The notes under the pieces: model-generated
Seen by the model: the letters and a program-made list of their open reading frames with translations, nothing else
What the model was told of the DNA's origin: nothing
Database searches by the model: none
Assembly (NCBI GenBank): GCA_963597045.1
Contig: CAVBOO010000001.1
Coordinates: 1-54,503, forward strand
Source of the DNA: a bacterium
GTDB lineage: Bacteria; Actinomycetota; Coriobacteriia; Coriobacteriales; Eggerthellaceae
Direction: 5' to 3'
Length of the DNA stretch: 54,503 nucleotides
In this document: positions 1-9,912 of the stretch, in pieces
Position numbering within the stretch: position 1 is the stretch's first letter
How the letters are laid out: each line of letters opens with the position of its first letter
Translations under genes and position numbers: made by a program

Positions 1-414
1 GGTGTAACCGCCGAGGCCAAGGGCACCGATGCGGGAACCTACGAGATGCACTTGACGAATGACTCATTCGCTAACATGGATTCCAATTTTGAAGTTACCT
101 TCAGGGTTGACGATGGTGTGTTGACCATTGTTCCGGCCGAGGTGACCGTTAGCATCAAGGGCAACACCGATACCCAGACCTACAACGGTGGGGAGCAGTC
201 TGCCTCCGGCTTCGAGGTGACCGGCATCGAGGGTGATCAGGCAAGCCTCTACTCTGCAGATAAAGTTGCTTTGGCCGAGGGCGTTGCCGCCGAGGCCAAG
301 GGCACCAATGCGGGGACCTACGAAATGGGCTTGACCAAAGAATCCTTCGTCAGCAACGATTCCAACTTCGCGCCTAGCTTCGAAGTCACCGATGGCTCTT
401 TGACCATCGAGAAG
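1..414 (+). repeat. Intragenic domain repeat, period 279 nt (93 aa)
   Basis: ggtgtaaccgccgaggccaagggcaccgatgcgggaacctacgagatg at 1 matches ggcgttgccgccgaggccaagggcaccaatgcggggacctacgaaatg at 280. The DSNF...DG(V/S)LTI ends also align. Confidence 0.8.
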
Positions 415-882
415 CGCACGCTCGAGCTCAACGATTCCGCATCCCTTGTCTACAACGGCAAGGAGCAGGTTTTCAACATCGATGCCTCCAAGGTCACTGG
501 ACTTGTGCAGGGCGATAGGCTGAACCTCTTTAACGCTCAGATCAAGGGCACCGAGCCCGGTACCTACAACGAGGTTTCCGAGTACACCTGGGACGTCATC
601 AACGACGAGCTCAACGTCACCAAGAACTACACGCTCAACGTGACGGGCGAGCTCACCATCACCGAGCCTGATTCTTCTGCGGACACCGACGCCGACAGCA
701 AGGAGAGCTCGGATAACGGATCCGATAGCAGCTCCGATGAGAGCTCCGACACGAGCAGCGATTCCGCAACCCCGCAGACGGGTGATTTCGCCCAGTTCGC
801 AATGGGCGCGGCCCTTGCAGCCGCCATCGCGGCGCTGGGTGCCCTCTTCGTTAGCCGCAGGTTCCGCGGCGCAAGGCACTAA
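1..882 (+). CDS. C-terminal part of a sortase-anchored surface protein with MBG-like beta-rich repeats (5' truncated by the window edge)
   Basis: Frame is open from base 1. It carries ~93-aa repeats, an S/D-rich linker, a TPQTGD sorting motif, a hydrophobic helix and a basic tail (RRFRGARH). Confidence 0.85.
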   Translation, partial: GVTAEAKGTDAGTYEMHLTNDSFANMDSNFEVTFRVDDGVLTIVPAEVTVSIKGNTDTQTYNGGEQSASGFEVTGIEGDQASLYSADKVALAEGVAAEAKGTNAGTYEMGLTKESFVSNDSNFAPSFEVTDGSLTIEKRTLELNDSASLVYNGKEQVFNIDASKVTGLVQGDRLNLFNAQIKGTEPGTYNEVSEYTWDVINDELNVTKNYTLNVTGELTITEPDSSADTDADSKESSDNGSDSSSDESSDTSSDSATPQTGDFAQFAMGAALAAAIAALGALFVSRRFRGARH

Positions 883-906
883 GCAGTCTGTTAAATAACG
901 GATGAA

Positions 907-942
907 CAAAGGGAGCTCGGCCGATAGGCTGAGCTCCCTTTG
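907..942. terminator. Stem-loop between convergent genes, probably a bidirectional terminator
   Basis: caaagggagctcggcc-gata-ggctgagctccctttg. Confidence 0.75.
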
Positions 943-1070
943 CGTTTGGGATATGGTTGCCGGCATAGAGCCAATAAGAGCCTTGTTCGTTTGCTTGCTC
1001 CACTTTCGGCGCCTTATGGCTGGGTGTTGCCAATGAGTTTGCTATGAGCAATCACTAGCTTGGTTCTTTT

Positions 1071-1859
1071 TTACTTCCTGGGCGCTTGCTGCAAGGTCCA
1101 GCCGCCGTCGACGAAGATTACTTGACCGGTGATGTAGTTGCTTTCCTCGCTGGCCAGGAATAACACAGCGTTAGCGATGTCGTCGGTGACGCCGCGCCTT
1201 CCCATAACCAGCGAATCGCACATAGCTTTCTCTGCGCTGGGATCCGAATAGGTGGCCTTGTTGATATCGGTGGCGATGGAACCAGGAGCTACGGCGTTGA
1301 CGTTGATGCCGAGCTCGCCCAAGCCATGTGCGTAGGTGCGGGTAAGAGAATTGGTGGCTGCCTTGCACAGATTGTAGAGCGGCGTGTTCTGTCCCGTGAG
1401 GATTGAGCTAACCGAGCTGATGTTGACGATGGATTGGCCGCCACCGTTTTCCTTGTGATATTTGGCAAACCAATCGCAGGCGAACAGCTGGCTTTTGAGG
1501 TTGGTGTCGATGTTGCGCTGCCACATGTCTTCAGTGACTTTGCCGACAGGCGTCGCCTCCCAGATGCCGGCGTTGTTGACCAGCACGTCAAGCGCGCCGA
1601 AGCGCTCTACCGCAGCTCCTAAGAAAGCATTGATGGACTCCACGTTTGCAACGTCGCAGGTTTTATACATCACGCGGTCGTGCTCGCCGTGGGTGAAGGG
1701 TTCGAGCTCTTTAAGAAGCGCATCGATGTCGCGTGGGGAGTGGCCGCACAGCGCAACGTTTGCCCCGGCCTCGAGGAACTTCTCGGCGCAACGTCGCCCG
1801 ATTCCTCGAGCGGAGCCGGTGACAACGACCGTTTTACCTGAAAAATCGTAGGAAACCAT
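1071..1859 (-). CDS. SDR family NAD(P)-dependent oxidoreductase
   Basis: TGSARGIG, NNAG and YNLCK (YxxxK) motifs. AAAGGAG RBS precedes the ATG at 1859. Confidence 0.9.
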   Translation of the reverse strand: MVSYDFSGKTVVVTGSARGIGRRCAEKFLEAGANVALCGHSPRDIDALLKELEPFTHGEHDRVMYKTCDVANVESINAFLGAAVERFGALDVLVNNAGIWEATPVGKVTEDMWQRNIDTNLKSQLFACDWFAKYHKENGGGQSIVNISSVSSILTGQNTPLYNLCKAATNSLTRTYAHGLGELGINVNAVAPGSIATDINKATYSDPSAEKAMCDSLVMGRRGVTDDIANAVLFLASEESNYITGQVIFVDGGWTLQQAPRK

Positions 1860-2088
1860 GAAGCAACTCCTTTCATTTGTGCTTAGCATCAAGTATAGAC
1901 AAATGCACGCGAGCAAACTGTTTTGCTAGAATTAACAAAACTGCCGGCTGCCTGGTTGCCAGCAGATATTGAAAACAGATGTTTTAATTTAAGCCGCCTG
2001 ATGAGGTGGCTTAAATTTACGGAAAACCTTGCTCGTCTAAGCTACCGAAAAGGCAAGCTCGAGCAACGTTATGAAGAGGTCAAGACAG

Positions 2089-3804
2089 ATGATTACGTAT
2101 CAGTCAGGACATGTGTGCGAAAGCGCAAGCACCCTTATCGAGGAGCAGGTTGCCAGCCGCATCAACATGAAAGACCATACGCTCTACGATTTTTCGCAGA
2201 ACGCGGAGGATTTCGCGAAGAATTACATGGGGTGGACCTCGTTGGCCAGTGAGCCCCCTTACCCAATCGAAGAGATTCAAGCCTTTGCCGACGAGATGAT
2301 TTTGCGCGGCATGAACACCGTGGTTCTTATCGGTCAGGGCGGCTCCACCCAGGCACCGATGACGATGACCAAGTACAACTCGGTTGATTCGAACCTGATT
2401 AAGTTCCGCACGCTTGATTCCGTGTCGCCGGCGCGCGTTCGCACCATCATGGCCGGCATTGACGTTGAGCACACCCTGTTCGTGCAATCTTCCAAGTCGG
2501 GTAGCACCATCGAGCCTGCGCTCGTTACCAAGGCGATCCTCGATTTCTTGGCGGATAGCTTGCCTGAAGACGAGATCGGCAACCACTTCATCGCCATCAC
2601 CGACCCTGGCTCCGAATTGGAGAGGGAAGCCTATGAGCGCGGTTGGGCCAAGGTTTTCTCGGGTGAGCCCACCGTGGGTGGTCGTTATTCCGCCTTGTCG
2701 GTGTTCGGCTTGGTTCCCGCTGCTTTGGTAGGCATCCCGCTGCATACCTTGATGGAGAGCGCCGCCGAGGCCGAGCGCATCTGCTCCACGGACTCGTTGG
2801 ACAACCCGGCTATTCTTCTTGCCTCGTTTTTGTATGACAATCTGCGCGCCGGGCGCGACAAGTTCAGCTTCCTGTGCCCCAAACGCGGTCGTGTTTTGGG
2901 CTTGTGGGTCGAGCAGCTTATCGCTGAATCGGTTGGCAAAGAGGGCCACGGCATTCTTCCCAATATCGAGATCGACCCGCTGACCTTGTCCTTCGACCCC
3001 GGCGATCGCACGGTCATCGTGTACAACACCAAGACCGACTTATGGGATGAGCGTCAGAATTTCTCGCGCTCCATCGAGTTCGTCAGCCCCACCATCCCCC
3101 GTATGGATTTCAAGGTCGACGGCGTAGGCGATTTGGTTGGCCACTTCGTGATGTGGGAATACGCCACCGCGATGCTCGGGTATTTGATGAAGGTGTGCCC
3201 CTTCGACCAACCCGATGTGCAGGTTGCCAAGACCCGCGTACTCGAGATTTTGAAGGAAGGCCGCCCCAAGCCCACCTGCGTTCAGGGCGGTTTGGTTGGC
3301 ATCCCCTTGGGCCAGGTGGAGGTTTGCGTCTCCGATGCCCTGCGTGGCGATCTTTGGCGCCTTTCAATCGGCGAGTCCCTGCGCGTCCTGCTTGAGAGCA
3401 TCCGCCCTGGCGACTTCTTCAGCATCAACGCTTTCTTGCCCTTCGCGGGTGAAGGCCGCCGTGAGGCTTTGGAGGAAATTCGCCACGCCATGGCTGATCG
3501 CTTCGGCACCGTTTCCTGCCTTGAGATTGGCCCGCGCTACCTGCATTCGGTTGGTCAGCTGCAAAAAGGCGGCATGAACAAAGGCGTTTTCCTGATTTTG
3601 TCTTCCGAGGAAGCGCAGGATATCCCTGTGACCGACGAGCGCGCTTCGAGCTTGGGCGAACTTGCCAAGGCTCAGGCTCTGGGCGACTACACCGTTTTGA
3701 ACGAGCGCGGTCGCCGCGCCGTTTACCTGCATCTTCCCGATAATTCCGCGATGACCTTGCGTGCGCTTGCCAAGGCTATTCGCCACACTCTGGCGCAGAT
3801 GTAA
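2089..3804 (+). CDS. pgi: Glucose-6-phosphate isomerase (TAL/PGI-type PGI module, stand-alone)
   Basis: GQGGS, SSKSGSTIE, GGRYS, EQLIAESVGK and FDQPDV motifs of the SIS/PGI family. Start chosen at MITYQ after GAGG. Confidence 0.75.
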   Translation: MITYQSGHVCESASTLIEEQVASRINMKDHTLYDFSQNAEDFAKNYMGWTSLASEPPYPIEEIQAFADEMILRGMNTVVLIGQGGSTQAPMTMTKYNSVDSNLIKFRTLDSVSPARVRTIMAGIDVEHTLFVQSSKSGSTIEPALVTKAILDFLADSLPEDEIGNHFIAITDPGSELEREAYERGWAKVFSGEPTVGGRYSALSVFGLVPAALVGIPLHTLMESAAEAERICSTDSLDNPAILLASFLYDNLRAGRDKFSFLCPKRGRVLGLWVEQLIAESVGKEGHGILPNIEIDPLTLSFDPGDRTVIVYNTKTDLWDERQNFSRSIEFVSPTIPRMDFKVDGVGDLVGHFVMWEYATAMLGYLMKVCPFDQPDVQVAKTRVLEILKEGRPKPTCVQGGLVGIPLGQVEVCVSDALRGDLWRLSIGESLRVLLESIRPGDFFSINAFLPFAGEGRREALEEIRHAMADRFGTVSCLEIGPRYLHSVGQLQKGGMNKGVFLILSSEEAQDIPVTDERASSLGELAKAQALGDYTVLNERGRRAVYLHLPDNSAMTLRALAKAIRHTLAQM

Positions 3805-3815
3805 GGTGCCCTGCC

Positions 3816-6293
3816 ATGGAAGCTTTGCATGTTCAGGTTAAGGGCATCGTTCAAGGCGTAGGGTTCAGGCCGTTCGTGTATCGGCTGGCCCATGAGCATG
3901 GCTTGAACGGCTGGGTGCTCAACTCCGTCGAGGGCGTTTTCATCCGTGTCGAGGGAGACCCTGACGAGCTTGATCGCTTTGTCATTCGTGTTTCCGAGGA
4001 AGCTCCAGCGGCAGCCCAGGTTTCGGAAATCGACATCGAGGAAGTTGAGCCGGAAGGCTACGAAAGCTTCGAAATCCATTTTTCGGACGACGTTCCTTCG
4101 TTGGAGACGACTTTCGTGTCGCCCGACTTGGCAACCTGCGATGCCTGCGTGTCGGAGTTGTTCGATCCGAGCAACCGCCGCTATCGTTATCCCTTCATCA
4201 ATTGCACCAATTGCGGTCCGCGTTTCACGATTTTGCGGCAGCTTCCTTACGACCGCGCCAACACTTCCATGCGTGCGTTCAAGATGTGCCCGGAGTGCCA
4301 GGGCGAATACGACGATCCTGCCGACCGCCGTTTCCATGCTCAGCCAGACGCCTGCTTTGATTGCGGGCCTCAGATCGGTTGGGTGCGCCGCGCCGAGCAA
4401 AGCCCTGCTCTAGCTGATATTGAGTGGGCGAGCGATCGCGATTCCTCCGACAAGATCATCGCTGCCGCCGTTCGGCTTTTGCGTGAAGGCGGGATCCTGG
4501 CGCTTAAGGGCCTGGGTGGCTACCACCTGGTTTGCGACGCTGCAAACGAGCAGGCATTGGCCAACTTGCGCGCACGCAAGCATCGCGACGGCAAGGCTTT
4601 TGCCGTCATGCTCGGCAGCTTTGACGAGGTACGCGAGTTTTGCCAGGTGAACGATGCGGAAGCCGAGCAGCTTGAGCATCCGGCGCGCCCAATCGTCTTG
4701 TTGAAGAAGCGCACCGATGTGAGCTTTGCCGCCGGCTTGGCCGACAAGCTCCCCGAGTTGGGCGTCATGCTTCCTGCGACGCCCTTGCAGCACCTGCTTG
4801 TTCATGATTTCGGCGGCATGCTGGTTATGACTTCGGGTAACCTGCACGATATGCCCATCGTTACGACGGAGGCTGAGCTTTTCGATCAACTGGGCTCCAT
4901 CGCCGATGGTTTCGTGGTCAACAACCGCGAAATCATCAGCCGCTACGACGACTCCGTGTTAAGAATCCTTGATTTAGGCGAAGCGGGCTATGTGACCCAG
5001 TTCGTCCGCCGCGCACGTGGTTATGCTCCCGCACCGCTTAACCTGGAGCCTTCCGCTCAAAATCCCGCAGACAAGGGTGCGAACCCTGAGGACGCCGGCG
5101 CCGAGCTGCATCAGCTTGCTGATATGGTTACCGCCAACCGCTGCGTGTTGGCTGCTGGCCCCGAGCAAAAGAATACCTTCACTTTCGCTCGCGGAGGGAA
5201 AGCATTCAACTCCCAGCATTTGGGTGATTTGGAGGACGCTGCATCGTTTGATGCCTGGCTTGAGACCATGAAGCTCTACGAGCATCTGATGAATTTCAAC
5301 CCCACGGTGCTCGTTGCCGATGCGCACCCCGAGTATCTGCCGAGCAAATGGGCGCGCGAACAGGCAAAATCCCGAAAACTTCCTTTGCTGGAATGTCAGC
5401 ATCATCATGCTCATATCTTGTCGGTGATGGGCGAGAACAAGCTCGCCGGCCCCGTGTGCGGCATTGCCTTCGACGGCACGGGCTATGGCTTTGATGGCTC
5501 CATCTGGGGCGGCGAGGTCTTGCTTTGCAATCTGCAGGCCTTCGAGCGCTTTGCCAATTTCGCCTACTTCCCCCTGCCCGGTGGGGCTGCGGCGGTGAAG
5601 AACCCCGATCGCACCGCCTTCGGCGCGCTGTGGGCCTTCGACCTTCTTGATCATCCCGGTGCTAAGCCGCTGCTCGATCGCCTATCCGCAAGCGCTGAGC
5701 TTCTGGAGCAGATGATCGAAAAGGGCATCAATTCGCCCATGACCTCCTCGGTCGGGCGTCTGTTCGACGCGGTTGCCGCCCTTACCGGCGTGTGCAGCGA
5801 GCCTACTTACCAGGGCGAGGCGGCCATTTTGCTCGAAGCCCTTGTGCATCAAGGCATTGCCGAGGGAAGCTTGGACTCGTCCAACAACGAGGCCTACCCC
5901 ATCGATCTGATAAAGAACACGGCAACGGAAAACTCGACCGCCGAGGACACCTCGGTGGTCCTGTTCGACGCGGCTCCTGCCTTCAAAGCGATTCTTGACG
6001 ATGTGGCCGCAGGCACCTCGTCTGCGCTGATCGCCCAGCGCTTCCACAATGCGATGGTTCAGGTTATCTTGCAGGCGGCGCAGCTGGTCTACAACGTTTA
6101 CGGTGTGACCACGGTCGCTTTGGGCGGCGGCGTTTTCCTTAACCGCTATTTAAGCGAGCGTGCGGTTTCGAGGCTGATCGAGCTTGGTTTCACGGTTGCT
6201 CTAAATCGTGAGCTTCCACCGAGCGATGCGTCCGTTTCGTACGGGCAGGCAGTGCTAGCATTGAATGCACACGAGCCTTTTGAAGAGGAGTGA
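3816..6293 (+). CDS. hypF: [NiFe]-hydrogenase maturation carbamoyltransferase HypF
   Basis: GIVQGVGFRP acylphosphatase domain, two CxxC-x18-CxxC zinc fingers, YrdC-like domain, HHHAH motif. Confidence 0.97.
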   Translation: MEALHVQVKGIVQGVGFRPFVYRLAHEHGLNGWVLNSVEGVFIRVEGDPDELDRFVIRVSEEAPAAAQVSEIDIEEVEPEGYESFEIHFSDDVPSLETTFVSPDLATCDACVSELFDPSNRRYRYPFINCTNCGPRFTILRQLPYDRANTSMRAFKMCPECQGEYDDPADRRFHAQPDACFDCGPQIGWVRRAEQSPALADIEWASDRDSSDKIIAAAVRLLREGGILALKGLGGYHLVCDAANEQALANLRARKHRDGKAFAVMLGSFDEVREFCQVNDAEAEQLEHPARPIVLLKKRTDVSFAAGLADKLPELGVMLPATPLQHLLVHDFGGMLVMTSGNLHDMPIVTTEAELFDQLGSIADGFVVNNREIISRYDDSVLRILDLGEAGYVTQFVRRARGYAPAPLNLEPSAQNPADKGANPEDAGAELHQLADMVTANRCVLAAGPEQKNTFTFARGGKAFNSQHLGDLEDAASFDAWLETMKLYEHLMNFNPTVLVADAHPEYLPSKWAREQAKSRKLPLLECQHHHAHILSVMGENKLAGPVCGIAFDGTGYGFDGSIWGGEVLLCNLQAFERFANFAYFPLPGGAAAVKNPDRTAFGALWAFDLLDHPGAKPLLDRLSASAELLEQMIEKGINSPMTSSVGRLFDAVAALTGVCSEPTYQGEAAILLEALVHQGIAEGSLDSSNNEAYPIDLIKNTATENSTAEDTSVVLFDAAPAFKAILDDVAAGTSSALIAQRFHNAMVQVILQAAQLVYNVYGVTTVALGGGVFLNRYLSERAVSRLIELGFTVALNRELPPSDASVSYGQAVLALNAHEPFEEE

Positions 6294-6299
6294 TGAATA

Positions 6300-6536
6300 A
6301 TGTGCCTGGCCATCCCCGCACAGATTTCCGAGATCACCGATGACCATCTGGCCATCGTCGACATTTTGGGCGTCAAGCGTGAATGCTCTTTGGATTTGAC
6401 GCCTGCGGCTCAGGTGGGCGATTTCGTTTTGGTCCATGCCGGCTTTGCGATCGAGGTCGTTTCCGAGGAATACGCACAGGAAACCCTCGATTTGATTCGC
6501 GAGATTCCCGAGCTCGCCGACGTCGAGGGGCTGTAA
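6300..6536 (+). CDS. hypC: Hydrogenase maturation chaperone HypC
   Basis: N-terminal MCLAIP and VGDFVLVHAGFAI. Confidence 0.97.
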   Translation: MCLAIPAQISEITDDHLAIVDILGVKRECSLDLTPAAQVGDFVLVHAGFAIEVVSEEYAQETLDLIREIPELADVEGL

Positions 6537-6538
6537 AC

Positions 6539-7624
6539 ATGCAGGTCGCCGATCTTAATCAGTTCAAAGACCCTGAGCTTGCCCGCGGCCTTATCCATTC
6601 GATTCAGAAATGGGCGCCCGAGCAGGCAACTTTGATGGAGGTTTGCGGCACCCATACCGTCGCCATCGCACGTAACGGCCTGCGCACGATGATGCCCGAG
6701 GGCACCCGCTTGGCCTCAGGCCCCGGCTGCCCGGTGTGCGTCACTTCCAATAAGGATATCGACACGGTAATTGCCTTGTCGCGCGTTCCTGGGGTAACCA
6801 TCACCACCTTCGGCGACATGACGCGCGTCCCAGGCTCCACCTCGACTCTTCTTGAGGAACAGGCCGAAGGCCGCAACATCCGCATCGTCTATTCTCCGCT
6901 CGACGCTCTGCGCTATGCGCAGGAACACCCCGACGAGCAGGTTGTTTTCGTTGGTGTCGGTTTTGAGACGACCACTCCTTTGGTGGCCATGGCCATCAAA
7001 CGCGCCCGCGCTTTGGGCTTGAAGAACTTCAGCGTCTTCGTTGCCCATAAGAACATGCCGGGCGCCCTTGAAACGATCGTTTCCGACCCCAAGCTCAAGA
7101 TCGACGCCCTTATCCTTCCCGGCCATGTGTCCACGATCATCGGCGCCAAGCCTTACGAGTTCCTTGCCAAGAAGTATGGGATTCCCGGCGTCATCACCGG
7201 TTTTGAACCGGTGGACGTGCTGCAGGGCATCGCGATGCTCATGCGTCAGCTGCACGAGGGTCGCGCCGAGATCGAGATTGCCTATGCTCGCGGTGTTATG
7301 CCCGAGGGCAATCCTGTGGCAATTGCGGCCATTGACGAAGTGTTCGAGACCGTGGATGCCATCTGGCGCGGGCTGGGCGTTATCCCCGGTTCCGGCTATG
7401 CGGTGCGTCCCGAGTTCGCCGAGTTCGACGCCTTCCGCCGTTTCGAGCCGGAGGTCGAACCCACCCAGGAGCCGCGAGGTTGCCGCTGCGGCGACGTGCT
7501 GCGCGGCATGATGACCCCGGCCGAGTGCCCGCTGTTCCGTCGGGTGTGCACCCCGGAAAATCCGGTGGGCCCCTGCATGGTTTCCTCGGAGGGTTCCTGC
7601 GCCGCGTATTTTAGGTACCTGTAG
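6539..7624 (+). CDS. hypD: Hydrogenase maturation protein HypD
   Basis: MEVCGTHT, GPGCPVC, GFETT, PGHVS and CMVSSEGSC motifs. ATG lies 2 nt after the hypC stop. Confidence 0.97.
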   Translation: MQVADLNQFKDPELARGLIHSIQKWAPEQATLMEVCGTHTVAIARNGLRTMMPEGTRLASGPGCPVCVTSNKDIDTVIALSRVPGVTITTFGDMTRVPGSTSTLLEEQAEGRNIRIVYSPLDALRYAQEHPDEQVVFVGVGFETTTPLVAMAIKRARALGLKNFSVFVAHKNMPGALETIVSDPKLKIDALILPGHVSTIIGAKPYEFLAKKYGIPGVITGFEPVDVLQGIAMLMRQLHEGRAEIEIAYARGVMPEGNPVAIAAIDEVFETVDAIWRGLGVIPGSGYAVRPEFAEFDAFRRFEPEVEPTQEPRGCRCGDVLRGMMTPAECPLFRRVCTPENPVGPCMVSSEGSCAAYFRYL

Positions 7625-7654
7625 AGCCGATTTGGCGCCTATAGGAGCTAGGGG

Positions 7655-7660
7655 TATAAT
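7655..7660 (+). promoter_or_regulatory. Putative sigma70 -10 box of the RlpA-like/trkA/purB/pyrE unit
   Basis: Consensus TATAAT in intergenic DNA ~150 nt before the TTG start at 7808. Confidence 0.5.
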
Positions 7661-7807
7661 TCATCTGCTGTGCATTTTCGCAATGCCGGCTTGCAAGCCT
7701 TGCCGCATCACGCAACATCAATCAACCAGACATGCTGCAAGGAAACAGGCGAAGAACCACCACGTTGGATATCGGTGGTTAATTGAGCCTAGGACATCGG
7801 AGGGTTT

Positions 7808-8545
7808 TTGGCTGCAGCCAAAACACATAGAAGGAAGCGTGGCGCGCTCAACATCGTCTTGATCGCCGTCGTCGTGGCTTTCGCGCTGGCAGCTCTTTCG
7901 TTCAGTGCGGTAACCAAGGCGCAAGGTTCGGGCGAGGTCGATTCCTCCACCATCGGTGTGGGTCAAAACCAATCAAGCACCACGCAGCTCGATGCCTCTC
8001 AGCGTTTCCAATCCACTACCGTCTCCGACGTCACCGACGTCGAGGACGTTACCAAGGGTGCTCAGCGCACCATCACCGTCGAAGACCCTGATCCCGTGGT
8101 TGTGCCCATCGCCATCGATCGCACCAACGAGCTTGCGGTCGAGATGGCCGAGAAGTATTGCACGCTCGATCCGCTGCCTACCGCAGAGCATATCGCTCCT
8201 GATACGTCCGACGGCACCTGGTCGAGCGGCATCGCAAGCGCTTACTCCATCGCCGATAACGACGACGGCAAGGGCAATTTCGGTGTGACGGACACCGCTT
8301 CGGGCATCGATTTGAGCTCCGAGAGCATCACCGTGGCCGTTCCTGAAAGCGAGTCCTGGCGACTCGGTCAGATCGTCGAGGTCTGCTACGACGGCAAGGT
8401 CGTTATTGCGACGGTTACCGACACCGGCGGCTTTGCCAAGTACGGCCGCGCGCTCGATTTAGCGCCCGGTGTATACAAGGCTTTCGGCTTTGATTCCGTT
8501 GCCGATTGGGGCACGCGCACCGTAAGCTATCGCTTCCTTTCCTAA
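7808..8545 (+). CDS. Membrane-anchored or secreted RlpA-like double-psi beta-barrel (lytic transglycosylase-like) protein
   Basis: N-terminal basic + hydrophobic segment. C-terminal ASAYS...VTDTGG...RALDL DPBB pattern. GGAGG RBS before TTG. Confidence 0.7.
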   Translation: MAAAKTHRRKRGALNIVLIAVVVAFALAALSFSAVTKAQGSGEVDSSTIGVGQNQSSTTQLDASQRFQSTTVSDVTDVEDVTKGAQRTITVEDPDPVVVPIAIDRTNELAVEMAEKYCTLDPLPTAEHIAPDTSDGTWSSGIASAYSIADNDDGKGNFGVTDTASGIDLSSESITVAVPESESWRLGQIVEVCYDGKVVIATVTDTGGFAKYGRALDLAPGVYKAFGFDSVADWGTRTVSYRFLS

Positions 8546-8554
8546 GGAGCCTTC

Positions 8555-9214
8555 ATGGGCAACGTTATCGTCATCGGTTGCGGGCGAGTTGGTTCACGGC
8601 TTGCCACGATGCTTTCAAGCTACGACAACAACGTCACGGTGATCGACCGCGATGAATCGGCCTTTGCTTCGCTCGGCCGCGATTTCAACGGATCAACCAT
8701 CGTCGGAACCGGCATCGACGAGGCCACGCTTCAGCATGCGGGCATCGAGGAATGCGATTTCCTTGCTTCGGTTACCCAATCCGACAACACAAACCTCATG
8801 TGCGTCGAGATCGCCAAGCGCCTCTACGACGTTCCCAATGCCATCGCCCGTTTGTACAACGTCGCCCACGAACGCACGTATTCCCAGCTGGGAATCGATT
8901 ACGTGTGCGGCACCGCCCTGGTGGCCGAGGAGATTTTCTCGAAGGTCATGTCGGGTGTGGGCGACCACATCACCACCTTCGGCGATTACGAGATCCTGCA
9001 GTTCGCGCTCGATCTAAGCGCGACGGGCAAGGACTCCATCACCGTGGGTGAGATTCAAAAAGACCACATCATCCGTGTGTGCGCCTTCGAGCGCGCTGAC
9101 GGTTCATCTTCGTCTTTGCCCACCTCGAAGTCGGTTTTGCGCCAGGGCGATTGCGTGCTGGTTGCCGTGCGTCACGGGATGTCGGGCAAGCTTTCCCGAT
9201 TCATGCAGGTGTAG
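8555..9214 (+). CDS. trkA: TrkA/KtrA family K+ uptake RCK subunit
   Basis: VIVIGCGRVG Rossmann motif, TQSDNTN, C-terminal TrkA-C-like domain. Confidence 0.9.
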   Translation: MGNVIVIGCGRVGSRLATMLSSYDNNVTVIDRDESAFASLGRDFNGSTIVGTGIDEATLQHAGIEECDFLASVTQSDNTNLMCVEIAKRLYDVPNAIARLYNVAHERTYSQLGIDYVCGTALVAEEIFSKVMSGVGDHITTFGDYEILQFALDLSATGKDSITVGEIQKDHIIRVCAFERADGSSSSLPTSKSVLRQGDCVLVAVRHGMSGKLSRFMQV

Positions 9215-9216
9215 CT

Positions 9217-9897
9217 ATGTATGTTGTAATCGCAGGTGGCGGAAAAATCGGCCAGTACCTTGCCGGCGTTTTGCTGGGAGATGGCAACGATGTCGCGATC
9301 ATCGAGAAGGAAGCGGCAATTGCCAAGCATCTTTCCGAGGAGCTGCGCGGCTCGATTCTGGTTATCAACGGCGACGGCTGCGAGACCACCGTTCAGGAAT
9401 CGGCCGGCGTTCATCGGGCAGACGTCTTCGTTGCCATCACCGGCCGCGACGAAGACAACCTGGCAGCCTGCGAGATCGCCGACCGCTTGTACCGGGTTCC
9501 CCGTTGCGTTGCGCGCGTCAACAACCCCAAGAACCTGCGCATTTTCCGCCGTCTGGGCATCGAGTGCATTTCGTCCACCAGTCTGATCGCACGCATGATT
9601 CAGGAAGAGGCGACGGTGGGATCGATGACGGTCGCCGTTTCCTTGACCAACGACGATTTGGCGCTCGAGAGCGTAATGACGCCGCGCATGTTCAAGAAAA
9701 ACGACTCGGAGCAGGGTATTTCCGCGCTCGATTTGGACGAGCACTTCGAAGATGGCATCCGCCTGGTGGCGGTGAACCGCGGTGGTGATATCGAGGTCGT
9801 GGGAACGGAAACTCGCATTCTTCCCGGTGACCATGTAATCTTGGCTGCAGATACCGACAAGCTCGAATTCGCGCGTCGCGTTATCAAGGGGCTTTAA
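9217..9897 (+). CDS. trkA: Second TrkA/KtrA family RCK subunit
   Basis: VVIAGGGKIG, GDG, TGRDEDNL and ARVNNPKN motifs. A tandem pair like this is typical of Actinomycetota. Confidence 0.9.
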   Translation: MYVVIAGGGKIGQYLAGVLLGDGNDVAIIEKEAAIAKHLSEELRGSILVINGDGCETTVQESAGVHRADVFVAITGRDEDNLAACEIADRLYRVPRCVARVNNPKNLRIFRRLGIECISSTSLIARMIQEEATVGSMTVAVSLTNDDLALESVMTPRMFKKNDSEQGISALDLDEHFEDGIRLVAVNRGGDIEVVGTETRILPGDHVILAADTDKLEFARRVIKGL

Positions 9898-9912
9898 AGG
9901 AAAGGGACTTTA

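Noticed and set aside
7660..7807. Canonical c-di-AMP (ydaO) riboswitch
   Set aside because: The GCUGAA...GGAAC...CCCGxCAGCUAAC consensus is absent. Kept only as an unassigned leader.
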